Of a stretch of DNA of 8,894 nucleotides, positions 6,639 to 8,894 are shown piece after piece. Positions within the stretch are counted from its first letter, which is position 1. Each line of letters opens with the position of its first letter. The DNA comes from a virus (lineage: Duplodnaviria > Heunggongvirae > Uroviricota > Caudoviricetes), in the IMG/VR virus record IMGVR_UViG_2663763478_000004. One strand, given 5' to 3'. The position numbers and the translations under genes are program-made. Under the pieces are notes generated by a model that did no database searches, had not been told where the DNA came from, and was given only the letters and a program-made list of their open reading frames with translations.

Positions 6639-8549
6639 TCACTCCTCCGGACAGCTTCGCTGCCAGTTCTTCAAGGGTCGGTTGTGCAGTTGCATCCTTG
6701 CGGGATGCAACTGCACAGCCAGATCAAGTTGCCAGCGTTGCACGGACACACGTAATGCCGCATAGGCATACACCAGGCAGTCCAGCGCTTCGTTACGCCG
6801 CTTTTTGTTATCCCACAACAGACGCATCTTTCCTTTTTCCCACTTTTCCACCAGTTCCTCCGCCACCAGTTGTTGTGCCTCTGTCTGCGAAAAAATCTCC
6901 GGATTATCAGGAAAGCGGATGGCATACGATGTGGCCTCATTCACAGGGGTGGGATCGGCCTTCATTCGGGCATAGAGAATTTCTTTTGCGGTATCCGTCC
7001 CCACCTCACACAGATACACACCCCGCTGATTGCGGGTTTTCGGCATGGTGATCACCGGCTTGCCATAGACAGAGGCACCTTTTACCGGCAGTACCCGGAA
7101 AATACCGTGTTTTTTTGACCTCTGATACACGATTTCGCCATCGATCCCCCCGATATCCCAGCAGACACGGGAAATGGTCATTTCGGTACCGTCTGCATGG
7201 CGGTATTTTTTATTGATCGCCGCATCCACACGTAACAGCGTCTCTTCCTCATCAGGACGTCCCATGATGATGATTTTATCCACCAGAAAGGCTTCCTCTC
7301 CCGGAGCCCACCCCCAGACATACATCTCAAAACGGTTTCGCTGCGAGTCAATGCCCGCCGTCAGATAAACCACCCGGACAGGCACCGTTGCCGTGTAAGG
7401 CACAACCTTATCCATCAGTACCTGGTGATCGAGTTTTTCGCCCACGGCCTCTTCCCAGGTCTCGCCCAGCGTGGTGTTCACAAAAGTTTTCACGCCGTTG
7501 GGATCTTTCAGTGCATCCAGCCAGTCACAGACTATCTGTACCCTGGTGGTGAACGGACTGTACGCCGTCCATATATGGAAAGTGATGGAGCGCGGCGGCG
7601 GAATTTCATTACCCGAAGCACTGAAAAACGTCAGACCGTCACACGTCCACATCCCGGTATTGTCACAAATCCAGCGCCCCCCGGTCTGATCAAGTTCAGA
7701 CTGACGGATCACGCAGCCATTATGTTCACACAGGTAATACACCGTTTCCGGTTTACCCTTCTCCCATTTCAGGCCAAACGACGTCGCATCATCGCCAAAC
7801 TTCAGATACTGCTCCTCCCCGCAATGAGGGCAAGGGACATAAAACCGCATGAAATGCGCAGATTCATTCGCAGCTTTTTCAATCTGACAGGAGCCTTTAA
7901 TTTTTGGCGTTGAACCGCGTATGGATTTTGGCCATACCGAACCTTCAATACGTTTATCGCCAAGCAGTGTTGGCGAACCTTCTTTTTCCACATCCGGTTC
8001 AAACGAGGAGAGTTCGTCATAGCAGACCACATCGACAGATTTTTCACGGTAGTTTTTGGCAGCAGCACCACCCAAACACCAGAACCCCACACCAGAGGAA
8101 AAACGCTTCAGTGTGAGCGTATTATCCCGGTGTTTCCGGCCCAGCCAGGGAGAAAGTTTTTTCAGGCAAGGAACATCACGAATTGTTGCTTCCACGTGAG
8201 ACTTCATAAAATCTTCAGCAGCTGAGTCCGTCGGCTGAAAAAGAAGAGTGTTGCGGGATTTGTGCTCAATAAAATACCCGATCACACCAAGCACCATTTT
8301 TGTATAACCAACACGGGCAGATTTAATCAGGTTAACTGTACGAATCTCGTCATTGCCCATGCAGTTCATGATGGCGACCTGAAACTGCAGCGTTTTCCAT
8401 TCCCCCTCACCGTATGACGATTCTTTAGGCAGGTAATAATTTTGATCGGCCCATTCTACAGCCGTCACCGGCAATACCCTGACCAGTGGCTGCAGTGCGA
8501 TAGTGACTGCCACCATCATATTACTCAGTTGTTGTTCTGATATATTCAT
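6639..8549 (-). CDS. A: Terminase large subunit gpA (ATPase/translocase plus cos endonuclease)
   Basis: The ORF runs to 8606, but homology to lambda gpA begins at the internal ATG 8549..8547 (MNISEQQLSNM versus lambda MNISNSQVNRL), giving 636 aa versus 641 in lambda. Long near-identical blocks: TAVEWAD.NYYLPKES, NTLTMKRF..G.GFWCLGG.AAKNYREKSVDV.GYDEL, FLGDKRIEGSVWPKSIRGSTPK, HFMRF.V.CPHCGEEQYLKFGD, FVNTTLGETWE, KGASVYGKPV, KRRNEALDC.VYA.AALR.S..RWQLDL. Confidence 0.95.
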   Translation of the reverse strand: MNISEQQLSNMMVAVTIALQPLVRVLPVTAVEWADQNYYLPKESSYGEGEWKTLQFQVAIMNCMGNDEIRTVNLIKSARVGYTKMVLGVIGYFIEHKSRNTLLFQPTDSAAEDFMKSHVEATIRDVPCLKKLSPWLGRKHRDNTLTLKRFSSGVGFWCLGGAAAKNYREKSVDVVCYDELSSFEPDVEKEGSPTLLGDKRIEGSVWPKSIRGSTPKIKGSCQIEKAANESAHFMRFYVPCPHCGEEQYLKFGDDATSFGLKWEKGKPETVYYLCEHNGCVIRQSELDQTGGRWICDNTGMWTCDGLTFFSASGNEIPPPRSITFHIWTAYSPFTTRVQIVCDWLDALKDPNGVKTFVNTTLGETWEEAVGEKLDHQVLMDKVVPYTATVPVRVVYLTAGIDSQRNRFEMYVWGWAPGEEAFLVDKIIIMGRPDEEETLLRVDAAINKKYRHADGTEMTISRVCWDIGGIDGEIVYQRSKKHGIFRVLPVKGASVYGKPVITMPKTRNQRGVYLCEVGTDTAKEILYARMKADPTPVNEATSYAIRFPDNPEIFSQTEAQQLVAEELVEKWEKGKMRLLWDNKKRRNEALDCLVYAYAALRVSVQRWQLDLAVQLHPARMQLHNRPLKNWQRSCPEE

Positions 8550-8844
8550 CGAGTAAATCCGGTAATTTATCCCCCGCACGCGCGCACTGATTCGCTCCCT
8601 TAGCAATAAGGATTTTCAGATGATCAATATGACGCGGCGTTAAATCCGGGAACTGTCGTTGCATGGACAAAGGAATGGAGTCAAGCGTACTGGATAAAGC
8701 CATCGCCAGCTTACTAAGGGCAAAAATACAAAATCCGGTATCGATAAGATTTCCTTTTGACACCTGATTTTTTAACTGCTGTGCGACAGCCTGTTCTGCG
8801 GTCAGTTCCCATCTGGCAATGAGTAGTTTGAGGTGTACTGGCAA
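8521..8844 (-). CDS. nu1: Terminase small subunit Nu1-like, C-terminal (gpA-interacting) part only; the frame is closed upstream by TAG at 8856..8854 and the N-terminal DNA-binding part is not readable in this frame
   Basis: ...ARWELTAEQAVAQQLKN......IDTGFCIFALSKLA...S.LD..PLSMQRQFPDL..RH.D.LK..I.K...........LPDLLDEYI matches the C-terminal ~100 aa of lambda Nu1 (181 aa). The 3' end overlaps the A start by 29 nt, as in lambda. The first in-frame start-like codon is TTG at 8844..8842, which I do not consider a genuine start. Confidence 0.75.
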   Translation of the reverse strand: MPVHLKLLIARWELTAEQAVAQQLKNQVSKGNLIDTGFCIFALSKLAMALSSTLDSIPLSMQRQFPDLTPRHIDHLKILIAKGANQCARAGDKLPDLLDEYIRTTTE

Positions 8845-8894
8845 TAGCGGACACTACCATTTGTTCTTTTTTTAAGCAGCCATCTGATGATATT

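Larger units (their letters stand above)
1..8894 (-). mobile_element. Segment of a lambda-like siphovirus genome (phage or prophage): DNA-packaging, head-assembly, head-tail joining and first tail genes of the late operon
   Basis: Twelve consecutive - strand ORFs match lambda Nu1, A, W, B, C/Nu3, D, E, FI, FII, Z, U, V in the same order, with similar lengths and lambda-like overlapping junctions. Integration state cannot be judged because no att site, integrase or host flank is in the window. Confidence 0.85.

Noticed and set aside
8550-8606. Upstream extension of the terminase large subunit ORF (start at 8606, MLRERISARVRGINYRIYS...)
   Set aside because: Homology to lambda gpA begins exactly at the internal ATG at 8549 (MNISEQQ versus MNISNSQ), and the extension lies within the 3' end of nu1 in another frame. 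The ORF finder simply ran back to the first Met in that frame.
8845-8894. cos site (cosN/cosB) at the right edge of the window
   Set aside because: In lambda cos lies upstream of the nu1 start codon. Here the window ends inside or just upstream of nu1-like coding sequence, so cos would be beyond the window. No cosN-like sequence is recognisable in these 50 nt.
1-8894. Search for accessory cargo (defence or anti-defence systems, toxins, tRNA, integrase, IS elements) that could be a novel system
   Set aside because: Every stretch over 60 bp is accounted for by a conserved lambda-type structural or packaging gene on one strand. There is no coding capacity left for an additional system in this window.

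Overview
The whole 8.9-kb window is one strand-coherent block: every real gene is on the - strand, tightly packed, with several ATGA-type start/stop overlaps. It corresponds gene-for-gene to the left-arm late operon of a lambda-like siphovirus (phage or prophage). Order in the direction of transcription (right to left): nu1 (3' part only) - A (terminase large subunit) - W - B (portal) - C with nested nu3 (S49-family prohead protease plus scaffold) - D (decoration) - E (major capsid) - FI - FII - Z - U - first codons of V. Assignments rest on recognising the translated ORFs as clear relatives of phage lambda proteins from memory; it is a relative, not lambda itself, and no identity was computed. 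I see no RNA gene, CRISPR array, cargo/moron or defence gene, and intergenic space is under 60 bp everywhere, so I find no evidence for a novel non-phage system here. What is worth a second look: (i) the portal gene is split by a +1 frameshift in an A6/T6 homopolymer; (ii) the Nu1 reading frame is closed by an in-frame TAG near the window edge, next to a T7 run; (iii) a 95-nt N run lies inside C/nu3, exactly within a tandemly repeated ~47-50-codon module (at least 3 copies, versus one in lambda as far as I recall); (iv) a terminator-like hairpin sits between E and FI. All + strand ORFs in the track look like antisense shadows.
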